Source of the DNA: a virus
Length of the DNA: 64,000 nt
Strand: one strand, 5' to 3'
Virus record (IMG/VR): IMGVR_UViG_3300046791_000499
Coordinates: 64,001 to 128,000 of that record
A model generated the notes under the pieces. That model was not told the DNA's origin and did no database searches. It was given only the letters and a program-made list of their open reading frames with translations. This document shows positions 8,657-18,026 of the stretch, one piece after another (position 1 is the first letter of the stretch; each line of letters begins with the position of its first letter). The translations under genes and the position numbers were made by a program.

Positions 8657-9160
8657 TTAGAACGGGAGCCGATTGCTCGGCTGCTCCAATGTCGCAGGGA
8701 CACTGCCCGGATCAAGCGTAGCTTGATCCCCGGCGAAGCCGGCCTTGTCTGTGTTTGGTGGTTTCCGCTCGCGACGCAACGTCGCAAGCTGCTCGGTGAA
8801 GATCGAAAGGGCAGGCCCGAGCGCGTCGCCGCGGTTCTCGAGCCAGTCGCAAAACACGGGGAACTCATCGGTCCGCAAGCGTCGCTGCAGCTCGTCGAGC
8901 AGGTCGACCACGTGCACTCGCGCCAGGACCTCGCCGATTGGGAGCCGGCACATGGAGATGGTCTCGGCGCTGGAGATGGTGACCTTCAAGGTGGGCGAGC
9001 CCTCGTGATCGACACGGGCCTTGGCGCTCGCGCGGCGGTTGGGCTTACGGCCGCTGGGTCCCGTCAGGCCGGGCACGGTCATGCAGGCGTCCGCTCGCGG
9101 CCGGCCGAAGCCTTGTTGCCGCTGAGTTGCCAGCCGAGCGCGCTTGGCTTTCCGGGTCAT
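8657..9160 (-). CDS. Protein with TIGR02996-like motif
   Basis: 'FPVFCDWLENRGDALG'. Confidence 0.6.
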   Translation of the reverse strand: MTRKAKRARLATQRQQGFGRPRADACMTVPGLTGPSGRKPNRRASAKARVDHEGSPTLKVTISSAETISMCRLPIGEVLARVHVVDLLDELQRRLRTDEFPVFCDWLENRGDALGPALSIFTEQLATLRRERKPPNTDKAGFAGDQATLDPGSVPATLEQPSNRLPF

Positions 9161-9435
9161 CGTGGTGTCGACCGCGGGAGAGCGGCGGCTATTCCGGCCA
9201 ACTGGAGATGAGAGAAAGCTCGCACGCTGATCGGCTACGAAAAGTGAACCGTCCAGCCCCTGCCGTCACTGGTGCTGCATGGACCCCGTCGACCTCGCCC
9301 ATGACCATTGCTTTCAATCTATCCGATGCGCACTCGGCTTCGCATCATGGCACGAGCGGCTTGGCCTGTGGCTGGACGGCACGCTGACGCTGGCGGATCT
9401 GCGCAAGGCCCGGAGGTCTCGGCGCCAAACAGTGG

Positions 9436-9780
9436 TCAGGGGCGCCCGTTGACCTTCTCGCCACCGTGGGGGAGCCCCCTCTCAACCGTAGGGTGGAGGC
9501 TCGCTAGCAGGGCCTCGGTCTTCGCGTCGGCTTTCGCCCTGCGCGCTCGAGCCTTGACGATCGCGGCATCGTGCCGGGCTTTCAGTTCGACGCCCAGTGC
9601 TTCCATGGCCACGCGCCGATCCTCGAACGCCTTGCGCTTGGCCGCGCGTGCCTCCTCTTTCTCCGGGGAGTTTCGCTCCGCGCGAAGTCGCTCTCGGGCC
9701 GCGCGCTGTTCGTCCTTGCGCTTGGCGATGGTGGCGGCCTGCTGGACTTCGACGGGGGAGGACTCTTGGCTCTGTGGCAC
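9436..9780 (-). CDS. Charged helical hypothetical protein
   Basis: A/R/E/K-rich ORF; extended -10 (TGGTACTGT) 6 nt upstream of GTG. Confidence 0.55.
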   Translation of the reverse strand: MPQSQESSPVEVQQAATIAKRKDEQRAARERLRAERNSPEKEEARAAKRKAFEDRRVAMEALGVELKARHDAAIVKARARRAKADAKTEALLASLHPTVERGLPHGGEKVNGRP

Positions 9781-10108
9781 GAGCGCACAGTACCACGGCC
9801 GCAACACCATTGCGCCAAACGGGACGCAGCGCCACTGCGGTAGTACTGAATCGAACCTTGAACCCCTAACATGTGAGTTGTTAGGTGAACTATGCATATC
9901 ACCAACGCGGTGTCCGCAGTCACTTTCCGCGCACCGCGATTCGCACGGATTGCGCTCGGCGGTGATATGGGGCGATAGTCGCACGGCGAAACCGCTACCC
10001 GGTGCCTCCGCCGTGGCGATCCAGGTTGGGAGATGGCCAGGCCGCGAGGTTGGAATCGAACATCCTGCGATCCGGTAGCGAGCGCGAACCCCAAGAACGA
10101 ACCACACC

Positions 10109-11065
10109 ATGAACATTCATACCATTGCAACTATCGTCACCCTGCTCACGACCTTGGCCTGCGTGCCACCGGCATCCGAGTGCATGGGTGAGTGTGCTGA
10201 ATCGATCGACACCGAGGGCACCGAGTCTTCCGGCGATGGAGATGGCGACCAAACCGGGCCAGGCGATGGCGACGGCGAGCCGACCACCGATACCACCGGC
10301 GATGGAGATGACACCGGCGACGGAGATGGGGACGGCGATGGCGAGCCCGAGTGCGGCAACGCGGTGCTCGAGCCGGGCGAGCAGTGCGACGACGGCAACC
10401 TGCTCACCGGCGATGGATGCTCACCCGTGTGTGTGCTCGAGCCGGATGCGATCCCATGCGGCGACTCCATCTACGAGTGCGGCGACGGAGTCGACAACGA
10501 CAACGACGGCAAGACCGACATGGCCGACTCGAACTGCACGAGCCCATGCGACGACGACGAGAACTCACTGCTGACCTTGCCCGGCCAGGATGGCGACTGC
10601 GAGAAGGACTGCTTTTGGAACAATGGAGCCGACGCTTGCAGTTGGAACCTGACATGCGATCCCGACAGTCCAGGTGCCGACATCGGGTGCGAGTACGATC
10701 CAGCCGGCGGCCAATGCAATTTCGAGCAGACCCAGGAGTGCGTCGACTCCTGCTTGCCGCTGGTGCCCAACGCCTGCGACTGCTTCGGGTGTTGCCAGGT
10801 CGACGGGCTGTTCATCTACCTCGACTCGAACCCCGAGTGCTCGATGGACAACCTCGGCGCGTGCAACACGTGCACGTACTTCTACGGGTGCACCAACGAC
10901 TGCATCAAGGACGACTGCGAGTTGTGCTTCGGCGAGACGATCGATGAACTGCCGATGGGCTGTGCCGAGCCGAGCTGCGATGTCGGCACGCCGTGCGGAG
11001 AGCAGAGCGACTGCAACGATGGCGACTTCTGCCAGACCGGGTGCTGCGTTCCGATCCAGGGCTGA
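10109..11065 (+). CDS. Myxococcal Cys-rich repeat lipoprotein (moron)
   Basis: Lipobox TLAC, GDGDGD linker, 'CGNAVLEPGEQCDDGN..GDGCS', 'CGDGVDNDNDGKTD..DSNC'. Confidence 0.9.
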   Translation: MNIHTIATIVTLLTTLACVPPASECMGECAESIDTEGTESSGDGDGDQTGPGDGDGEPTTDTTGDGDDTGDGDGDGDGEPECGNAVLEPGEQCDDGNLLTGDGCSPVCVLEPDAIPCGDSIYECGDGVDNDNDGKTDMADSNCTSPCDDDENSLLTLPGQDGDCEKDCFWNNGADACSWNLTCDPDSPGADIGCEYDPAGGQCNFEQTQECVDSCLPLVPNACDCFGCCQVDGLFIYLDSNPECSMDNLGACNTCTYFYGCTNDCIKDDCELCFGETIDELPMGCAEPSCDVGTPCGEQSDCNDGDFCQTGCCVPIQG

Positions 11066-11072
11066 ATCAAGC

Positions 11073-11108
11073 GAACGAGCCGGCCCATTGCAGCGGGCCG
11101 GCTCGTTC
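11073..11108. terminator. Hairpin between convergent lipoprotein and tail fibre genes
   Basis: 14-bp perfect inverted repeat GAACGAGCCGGCCC/GGGCCGGCTCGTTC. Confidence 0.75.
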
Positions 11109-11138
11109 AAGGAGGTTGGCGGTCGGGCTCTACCCGGC

Positions 11139-13163
11139 TTAGTAGACACCTTTGACGGTCAGAACGATGTCGTACCAATCGACGGTTGCCGAGAAGTCGA
11201 GCCGCACTCGGAACGTGCGCTGGGCTGCGGTCGGCAACGTGTACTTCTTCCGAAACGTGAACGGCATCATTCGGCCCGTCGTCCCAGCGCCGTCAATGTC
11301 CAGCGAGTTGAGCGGCTGAGAAGTAGCCACGGTGACCGACCCCGTGACGTCCTTGAGCAGAATGGTCATCGTCGTGGTGTCGGTTCGTCCGTTCCACATT
11401 CCGGTGACCTCGACAAGCACAACGCCGGTTACCTCCGGTGTGATCACGGCGTCCGCGACATCGCCAGTTGTGCCGACGTTGGAGCCGTCGGTTGTGGTGC
11501 CGTCGCCGTGCACCCAGCCCTTCGTAGAGCTGTGGATGCTCTCGTACGCTGCGCCGTTGTGCGTCCGCCACTTCACGCGGCTCGAGTTCAAGAACAGCGA
11601 GCCGGCCTGCGTCGTCGTTGGATCCGAATCCACAGGCACAACGACAAGCGGGGAACGCTTTGGTGCCGTTGCGTCCGTCTCTAGCTTCGCCGCATTGCCG
11701 TCCACGCTCAAGGCGTAGAGTGCGTTTGCATCTCCGAGTCCCAACGCGGCAATCCCAACGCCGCTCGAGGTAGCAGCAGCGGATGAAGTGCCCACGACAC
11801 CCACTGCACCAGTATTGACCGCGACGCCCTTGACTCCGTAGCTGGTCGCGTTGTTGAAGCCCGTCCCGAGAACGCCGTTGACGCCGGCGCCGGTGCCTAC
11901 ACCCACGAGACCGCCATTGCCTGTGAACGGCTCGCTGCAGGACATCGTGCCGATTACCGCGATGATGTCGCCAGCCGCGTTGCCGAGCGTCGACGATCCA
12001 TTCAGCGCCGTTGCCCCGGTGACGGTGAGGGCGGCAATCGTTGCCGCAGCCAAGCAGTCGAAAGTATCAGCCGTGCTCGTCCCGATCGTGCACGTGAAAG
12101 CGCCAGACCCAATGCAGAGCGAGACATCGTGGCCGGCAGTCAAATATCCATCGGTGGAAATGCCGACGGTGGAAATGACGTTGCCTCCGACGATGACGTT
12201 GTATCCGAATGATCCGCTGTATGTGACGTTGAGATAGGCGTCCGTGGAGATGTTCCCGGCCGCATGCACCACGGTGCTCGAGTAGACACCGTTGTAGCCA
12301 AGCACGCTGTTGGCGACCATCGCCTGATCGATGTTGACGTTCTCACCGAAGTGGACGTCGCCTCCGATGGTCTCGAGCACGATCCCGGGTCCACCGAAAT
12401 CGTTGTGGAAGGTGGCCGTGGTGTCGGTCGCCGAGTTGTTGGCCACGGACAACGCCGGCCCGCCGTTGGCCCCGATGAGAACCGAGGCAAGTTCCCCCAC
12501 GAGCGGAGCACCCGTGACGATGAGTGCAGCATCGGCCGGCACCGTGATGGTCACCAAGTCGGTGAAATTCGTTTGGCCTGAGACCGTCAGTTCCTCGGCG
12601 CCGATCGACTTGTGCGTTGGGATCTCGGGCACGAGCACCGTCGCAGCGGTGACGTTCGCGCCGTCGGTCTCGATTTTCCAGATGGCCACATAGCCCGCGG
12701 CAGGGACCGGCGCACCCGCTCCGTTGTTGACTTCCTGGTACGCGACCAGCCCCGCCTCGTTGAGATTGACGTAGGTGTCCTTGCTCGCCGTGAAGGCGTG
12801 CGGGCTGCCAATCGCGACCGTGAACTGCACGACCACGCCGCCGTCATCGTTGGCGTCGACCATCACCCACGACGCGGTGATCGAACTGCTCAATCCCGCG
12901 CCGGTGGTCCACGCGCCCGAGGTCGGGAAGACGAACGTACCGAACAGGCCAGCCGACGACGGGACCATCCGCGAGATGCCCATCGCCCGGATCCACCGCG
13001 CGAGATGCTGCCACTCGTAGTTGACCGTGCCCGACGGCAGAATCACGGAGCCGAGACCGGCAGCCTCCTCGGCAGGCACGGCGAAGGGTCCGCCAGATTC
13101 TCCCCACGTGGGCTCGTCGTAGGTGTCGTCCGGGTTGACTGGGATATCGGTGACGGCGGTCAT
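11139..13163 (-). CDS. Tail fibre / receptor-binding protein
   Basis: Last gene of the tail operon; G/A/T/V-rich beta repeats; C-terminal beta-sandwich. Confidence 0.8.
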   Translation of the reverse strand: MTAVTDIPVNPDDTYDEPTWGESGGPFAVPAEEAAGLGSVILPSGTVNYEWQHLARWIRAMGISRMVPSSAGLFGTFVFPTSGAWTTGAGLSSSITASWVMVDANDDGGVVVQFTVAIGSPHAFTASKDTYVNLNEAGLVAYQEVNNGAGAPVPAAGYVAIWKIETDGANVTAATVLVPEIPTHKSIGAEELTVSGQTNFTDLVTITVPADAALIVTGAPLVGELASVLIGANGGPALSVANNSATDTTATFHNDFGGPGIVLETIGGDVHFGENVNIDQAMVANSVLGYNGVYSSTVVHAAGNISTDAYLNVTYSGSFGYNVIVGGNVISTVGISTDGYLTAGHDVSLCIGSGAFTCTIGTSTADTFDCLAAATIAALTVTGATALNGSSTLGNAAGDIIAVIGTMSCSEPFTGNGGLVGVGTGAGVNGVLGTGFNNATSYGVKGVAVNTGAVGVVGTSSAAATSSGVGIAALGLGDANALYALSVDGNAAKLETDATAPKRSPLVVVPVDSDPTTTQAGSLFLNSSRVKWRTHNGAAYESIHSSTKGWVHGDGTTTDGSNVGTTGDVADAVITPEVTGVVLVEVTGMWNGRTDTTTMTILLKDVTGSVTVATSQPLNSLDIDGAGTTGRMMPFTFRKKYTLPTAAQRTFRVRLDFSATVDWYDIVLTVKGVY

Positions 13164-13172
13164 GGTGATCGG

Positions 13173-14216
13173 CTATGGGTCGGTGGCGAGCGTGAACGCG
13201 AGGACATCGGGTCCGTCGAGTGCGCTTTCGTCGAGGGTGAAAACATCGGGTGCAGCTTCGGGCGAGAACACCAGCACCATGCGAACGCCGTGCGGGCGCC
13301 CGCGGTAGAGCACGTCGAAGTAGGTTAGCGCCTCGTTCTCGGTCAGCTCGAAGAAGTAGACGACGTAGGTCAGCGGGTCGGGGCGCTCGAGCAACCACGT
13401 CTGCGCTCCGTTCACCAACCCAGCGGCCAAGGCTTTGGTGACCGATGGCTGGCGGTTCGTGCCCACAGCCCCGTCGATCGGAACGAGCACGTTCTGATAC
13501 CTCTCGTCGCTCCAACCGTCCGGGCGGAGGAAACCGAGGTCGCGCCCGAGAGCGTCGAGATGCACTCCGATCGCAGTCAGGACCGAGCCCACCCGCCAGC
13601 GAACCTCCCACGATGATGCGAGCAGCTCGCCCACCGCTGCCGTGAGCACGGCCTGCCACACCTGGATCTCTGGGTCCTTGACCAGCGGCGGGCGCATGGT
13701 CTGGAACCACCGCGTATTCGGATCCACGGGGTTCTGTGCGTAGATCGGATCGCCGATGATCTCGATCGTCGTGGCCAGCGGAACGGTCGTAGTCGACCCC
13801 CACGGCGACCACAGGATCCGCATGTGGTACGCGGTGATGCCATCCTGTTCGTTCGTTTCCCAGTCCGTGGGCATCGACCAGCGGATCGAAACCACGCCCG
13901 TCTCGGTCAGCGCTGCGGTCGCGTCGACCAGGTTGGGCAGCTTCACCCATGCGCTGCCGTTCCAATACTGGTACGCCAACCCGCTGGTCCCGAGGAACGC
14001 GGTCGAGATGTCGATCTCGATCTCGACGAAGGGGTAGGTCCAGCCGACCACGAAATAGTCGCCGGTGGAAGCATCGACGGCAGCAACCCCGAGTTCGACG
14101 TCACCCACCGCACCGCTCGCCGCCTCGGCCGTGAAGTCGGTCCAGATGTCGCCGTCCTCCTGGAACAGCCGAGCGCTCACTGGGTAGTTGGTGAAGTTGT
14201 CGTAGGCGTCTGTCAT
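13173..14216 (-). CDS. Baseplate wedge protein (DUF2612/gpI-like) with N-terminal extension
   Basis: 'TAIGVHLDALGRDLGFLRPDGWSDERY', 'RPHGVR'; follows the J gene. Confidence 0.75.
   Translation of the reverse strand: MTDAYDNFTNYPVSARLFQEDGDIWTDFTAEAASGAVGDVELGVAAVDASTGDYFVVGWTYPFVEIEIDISTAFLGTSGLAYQYWNGSAWVKLPNLVDATAALTETGVVSIRWSMPTDWETNEQDGITAYHMRILWSPWGSTTTVPLATTIEIIGDPIYAQNPVDPNTRWFQTMRPPLVKDPEIQVWQAVLTAAVGELLASSWEVRWRVGSVLTAIGVHLDALGRDLGFLRPDGWSDERYQNVLVPIDGAVGTNRQPSVTKALAAGLVNGAQTWLLERPDPLTYVVYFFELTENEALTYFDVLYRGRPHGVRMVLVFSPEAAPDVFTLDESALDGPDVLAFTLATDP
14056..14139. repeat. 84-bp dispersed repeat, copy 2 (donor, inside wedge gene)
   Basis: Matches 4449-4532. Confidence 0.95.
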
Positions 14217-14218
14217 TC

Positions 14219-15427
14219 CTACGCTCCGGTCACGGTGATATCGGTGAGTTCGTTGTCGATGGCGAACTGCTCACGAACCGCGGCCTCGAGTGTGCCCGTG
14301 TTCACCGGCGGGTCAACGATGTCGACCTCGACCACGATGTTGTCGATGCCGGGGATCCCCGCGTTGTTGTTCACGTAGGCGGCGATCTTGAAGCCGCTGG
14401 TGTTCTCGCCGGGAACGAGCGCCTCAACGTAGGTCACGACGGCTGCCCGGATCGCTGTCTCCCGAGCCGCAATGGCCTCGACGCTCATGTCGCCCGGATA
14501 GCCCTCGCCCTTGGTGATCGTGACCTCGATGTAGATCGCCACGAGTTCGGGGCGCGAGAACTTGATCGTGACCTGGCCGCCGACGTAGTCCGCGTCGATG
14601 ATCCCCACAATCGTGTTGCCGACCGTGTTGACGCCCTTCGCACGCGAGGCTTGGATCGCGGCGGCGACCGCATCGTCGTCGCCACCCACGACCAGGACTT
14701 CGACCCAATGCGTGAGGCCCCAGTAGGCGTCAGGGGTGTTGGTCGGGTTCTCGAGCAGCGAAGCCGAGGTCACCCCCGCGACCGCGCGCACGGCCGCGAT
14801 CATGTTGCTGAGCAGCGCGTCTCGCCACCGCTGCCGATACTCGGCGTCGGTCTCGTCGCTGCGGCCTGGGATCGCATCGGCGACGTTGGGCCCGACTGAA
14901 AGCCAGCCCGTGACCGGCGTCAGGATCGTCCAGTCGGACGCCGCGATCGCTGTCTTCGGTCCGGTCTCGAAGTACTCCCATGTCCCGTCGATCGTACCAC
15001 CGCCAGGGATCGTCACCGCGCCGACCAGCGCCCACGCGCCGGTCTCGTCAGCGAGCGCCACGGTCTGGCCAGCCGGCACGTTGACGTTGGGCCCCACCGC
15101 GGCGAACAGCGGCAGCACGACGGTGCTCCCCACGGCTGCCAGCTTCGGACCGATCCTCGGGGTCAGCAGCAGTTCGAGGCTTGAGCCCTCGGCGACGCCG
15201 TTGGTGCCGGGAGCCGCCGAAATGAACTTCGAGTTGTAGTTGCCCGCGCCATCATCCCACGCGTCCTTCATGACGTTAGCGAAGGTGCGCAGGAGGTCCG
15301 CTGCAGGGCCGTTCTCGACGTCGATGTTGGCGCTGGTCTCGGCCTTGTACTTGTTCTGCAGGTCGAGCAGGACCATGTCGTAGGTAGCCGGCAGCCAGCC
15401 GGTTGTCGTGTCATAGCCGAAGGACAT
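14219..15427 (-). CDS. Baseplate J/gp47-like protein
   Basis: 'AEGSSLE', 'GRSDETDAEYRQR', 'VEVLVVGGDDDAVAAAI', 'KFSRP'. Confidence 0.9.
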   Translation of the reverse strand: MSFGYDTTTGWLPATYDMVLLDLQNKYKAETSANIDVENGPAADLLRTFANVMKDAWDDGAGNYNSKFISAAPGTNGVAEGSSLELLLTPRIGPKLAAVGSTVVLPLFAAVGPNVNVPAGQTVALADETGAWALVGAVTIPGGGTIDGTWEYFETGPKTAIAASDWTILTPVTGWLSVGPNVADAIPGRSDETDAEYRQRWRDALLSNMIAAVRAVAGVTSASLLENPTNTPDAYWGLTHWVEVLVVGGDDDAVAAAIQASRAKGVNTVGNTIVGIIDADYVGGQVTIKFSRPELVAIYIEVTITKGEGYPGDMSVEAIAARETAIRAAVVTYVEALVPGENTSGFKIAAYVNNNAGIPGIDNIVVEVDIVDPPVNTGTLEAAVREQFAIDNELTDITVTGA

Positions 15428-15430
15428 GAT

Positions 15431-15802
15431 CTACGTTCCGATCTCGATTGATGTACCAGTGATCGTCCGAAAGGTCACTTTGATCGTGACCCTTGGACCG
15501 TTCGCCGCTTCGTTGTCCACCGTCACGATGGGCCCCGCAACGACCGACTCGACTCGCGGATGAGCCAGTACGACGTCACGCACGAGCGCACCGCGTTCCT
15601 CATCGCTCGTGTTGGGATCCAGGATCCGGTCGTAGTCCAAGCCCTCATCGGTGTTGAACACGTACTTGCCGAACGGCGTGGCCAGTTGCAGGTAGACCTC
15701 GACCCGCGTGGCGTTGTCGTCGTCCGTCGTGTAGGCCAGCGGGCGGACGAGTTCACCAGCGTTGGCGCCGGTCGTGTACATGTCGAGCGTCATGCCGGCC
15801 AT
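15431..15802 (-). CDS. Baseplate wedge / sheath initiator (gp25-like)
   Basis: 'LQLATPFGKYVFNTDEGLDY', 'HPRVESV'; position before J. Confidence 0.75.
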   Translation of the reverse strand: MAGMTLDMYTTGANAGELVRPLAYTTDDDNATRVEVYLQLATPFGKYVFNTDEGLDYDRILDPNTSDEERGALVRDVVLAHPRVESVVAGPIVTVDNEAANGPRVTIKVTFRTITGTSIEIGT

Positions 15803-16038
15803 GGGTCATCTCCGATATCGGCCAAACACTGTGGTCGGCGATGGTGCGGGTGGCTGAAATACCGGTCCAACGCTGGCTTCGTGAGCGCAACAGGCGGGCC
15901 AAGATTTGGAAGCACCTCGCCGTCGATGCCCATCAAGAGTTCATGTGCGTGCCCCTCGTGCGTGACCCAAGCACACGAAAACCGGCCGGTGGTTCCGCGG
16001 CCAGCCAAATAGGCCATGAGTTGCGCTTCGTCCATCAA
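15790..16038 (-). CDS. Small hypothetical protein within the baseplate operon
   Basis: 82-aa ORF overlapping both neighbours. Confidence 0.5.
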   Translation of the reverse strand: MMDEAQLMAYLAGRGTTGRFSCAWVTHEGHAHELLMGIDGEVLPNLGPPVALTKPALDRYFSHPHHRRPQCLADIGDDPWPA

Positions 16039-17078
16039 AACACTCCCGGAATCGTCTGTAGTTCGTCGAGTTCGAGACGAGTCTCGCCGCCGCTATTCGT
16101 GTCCACCGTGGTCGTAGCGACCTCGATCCGGTAGTTCGCCGTGCGGGTGGGCGTGATCATCGTGACTGCTCGACCGGGCGCGGCGCCGGGCTGAGCCCAT
16201 GTACGGACCGCCATCTTGAACGCATCGACGGCCTCGGGCTCGCCGAAGATGTTGCCCGCTGCTGACGAGAGTTCGATCGGCGGGAAGCCGGTGAGCACGC
16301 TCGTCGAGTCGAGGAACAGCAACTCGCCGTTCTGCACCGACCATCGAAGCTGCAGCGCGTCCATGATCTGCTGGACCTGTGGCCGCGCCGGACCCGAGGC
16401 GTTGTAGCCACCGAGCAGTTTGAGATCGGCGGGCGGCAGGTTCTTGGCGATCATCGCAGCTTGAAGCTGTTGGAGAAGCCGAGCCCGATCCGCGGTCAGC
16501 CCACACGCGGCGATCAGATCCATGATGACGTCGACGACGTTGGTGCCGGGCTTGTAGCTCTTGCCCACGAAGGGCACGACGCCCGCGCCGGCAGATTGGA
16601 TCGCCTCGCCGGCTCCGAGCAGGTGAGCCCCATCCTGTACCTCGATCGTCAGGACTTGGTCCCGGCCATCGGGGGCGTAGCGCATCTTGCTCGACTGCCC
16701 GATGAACCCCACCGACAAGGCCGCGAGCATGTTGGGCGCTTCGCTGTCCGTGAATCCCCACGACAGTTCGACCGAGCCGAGTCCGTAGATCTCGCTGATC
16801 ATTTCGATCGTCGCCCCCGACTTCCCAAGCTCGAACAGTTGCGCTCGCTCGGTCGCAGTCCAGTCGGTTCGCGAGCGCACCACCCCGATGATCAAAGCCG
16901 CGGTGAGAGGCGCGGGGTTGTAGAACTGGATCTGCGCGGTGTTGGGCTCAGATCGCAGCGACCTCGTGACGGTGAAGCGGATGCGCGGCTGGACGCCAAG
17001 CGGGTCGGGGTTCAACGAATCGAAGTACCCCGCGGCGTTCGTGATCCGCAACCGTGCAACGCAGATCGGCGAGCCCAT
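16035..17078 (-). CDS. Baseplate hub protein
   Basis: 'IRFTVTRSLRSEPNTAQIQFYN', 'WSVQNGEL'. Confidence 0.8.
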   Translation of the reverse strand: MGSPICVARLRITNAAGYFDSLNPDPLGVQPRIRFTVTRSLRSEPNTAQIQFYNPAPLTAALIIGVVRSRTDWTATERAQLFELGKSGATIEMISEIYGLGSVELSWGFTDSEAPNMLAALSVGFIGQSSKMRYAPDGRDQVLTIEVQDGAHLLGAGEAIQSAGAGVVPFVGKSYKPGTNVVDVIMDLIAACGLTADRARLLQQLQAAMIAKNLPPADLKLLGGYNASGPARPQVQQIMDALQLRWSVQNGELLFLDSTSVLTGFPPIELSSAAGNIFGEPEAVDAFKMAVRTWAQPGAAPGRAVTMITPTRTANYRIEVATTTVDTNSGGETRLELDELQTIPGVF

Positions 17079-17081
17079 GGG

Positions 17082-17432
17082 TCAAGTCCCCACGTCCGCT
17101 GCGGGGATGTAGACGAGCCGCACGCCAGATTCGCGCTTCAAGTCGTCGCGCCCGGGGTCAAGCTGGTTGCGGGTCGTGTCCCACACGCGGAGCTTTCCCG
17201 CGCCGTTGCCTGGGTACGCGCTGGTGTTGAGCGACTCCAGAACGTCCTCGCCGTGCCGAAGCACGAGACCAGCTCGGAGCAGGACCCGGTCGGCGTCGTA
17301 GATCGAGAGCGTCCAGAACTGCTCACCCTCGACCCAGAAAACCTCGAGCACGTAGAAGCGCCCGTCGAGTCGGGTCCGAACACGCGAACCGCCGCGGTCT
17401 CCGATGGCAAGATTGACGAACTGCTTGGCCAT
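17082..17432 (-). CDS. Baseplate plug-like protein
   Basis: 'RLDGRFYVLEVFW..EQFWTLSIYD...G..L..G.D.L'; position. Confidence 0.75.
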   Translation of the reverse strand: MAKQFVNLAIGDRGGSRVRTRLDGRFYVLEVFWVEGEQFWTLSIYDADRVLLRAGLVLRHGEDVLESLNTSAYPGNGAGKLRVWDTTRNQLDPGRDDLKRESGVRLVYIPAADVGT

Positions 17433-17435
17433 GGG

Positions 17436-18023
17436 TCACCCGGGGATCGTCGCGGCGAGGTCGGCGGGTACGGTTTCGGTGCTCTGCTGTCCGGCGTCAA
17501 CGATGCCATCAACGCTGTCCGTGATACCTGGGTCCGTTGCCGAGGGCACGGTCGTGAACGAGGTAGAGAAGCGCGAGACCTCCTTGAGCGTGATCACGCC
17601 GCGCCACGCCTGGACCGTGAAGCCGCCGTTCAATTCGACGGTCTTGCCATCTTCAATGTTGGAGATGACCCACACGCGAGCCCCCGTGGGTGCACGCCAG
17701 AGCTTCTTGCCGTCAAAGAAGGTGACCTCGGTGCCGAGTTCTTGCAGTAGATACAGTTGCTTGAGGATGACGTCGACGTGGCCTGGCGCGGGCTCCCACA
17801 GCCCGACGATCCCCGAGCCCGCGATCGGCTCCGCGTCGCTCAGCACGACCGTGACCTGGATCTGATACGGCACGCGCTGCCGATGGTTGGCGATCGGGGC
17901 TCCGCGCTCGAGCGCCGTGTTCGTCATGTCGAAGTCGCGAGGCGCTCGAATGTCCTCGATCACGTCGATGTGAACGACACCAATGCGTCCAGGGAGCCCG
18001 GTGCTGGCGTAAGCAAACGGCAT
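17436..18023 (-). CDS. Dit-like tube initiator
   Basis: 'TNTALERGAPIANH...P..I.V.V.LSD', 'ITLKEV'. Confidence 0.75.
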   Translation of the reverse strand: MPFAYASTGLPGRIGVVHIDVIEDIRAPRDFDMTNTALERGAPIANHRQRVPYQIQVTVVLSDAEPIAGSGIVGLWEPAPGHVDVILKQLYLLQELGTEVTFFDGKKLWRAPTGARVWVISNIEDGKTVELNGGFTVQAWRGVITLKEVSRFSTSFTTVPSATDPGITDSVDGIVDAGQQSTETVPADLAATIPG

Positions 18024-18026
18024 GGC

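Noticed and set aside
10230-10345. GGCGATGG(A/C)GA repeats as a CRISPR or other DNA-level array
   Set aside because: They encode the GDGDGD linker of the lipoprotein; there are no spacers
4449-14139. Diversity-generating retroelement TR/VR pair
   Set aside because: Only two mismatches, both synonymous and not adenine-specific on the coding strand; no reverse transcriptase in the window
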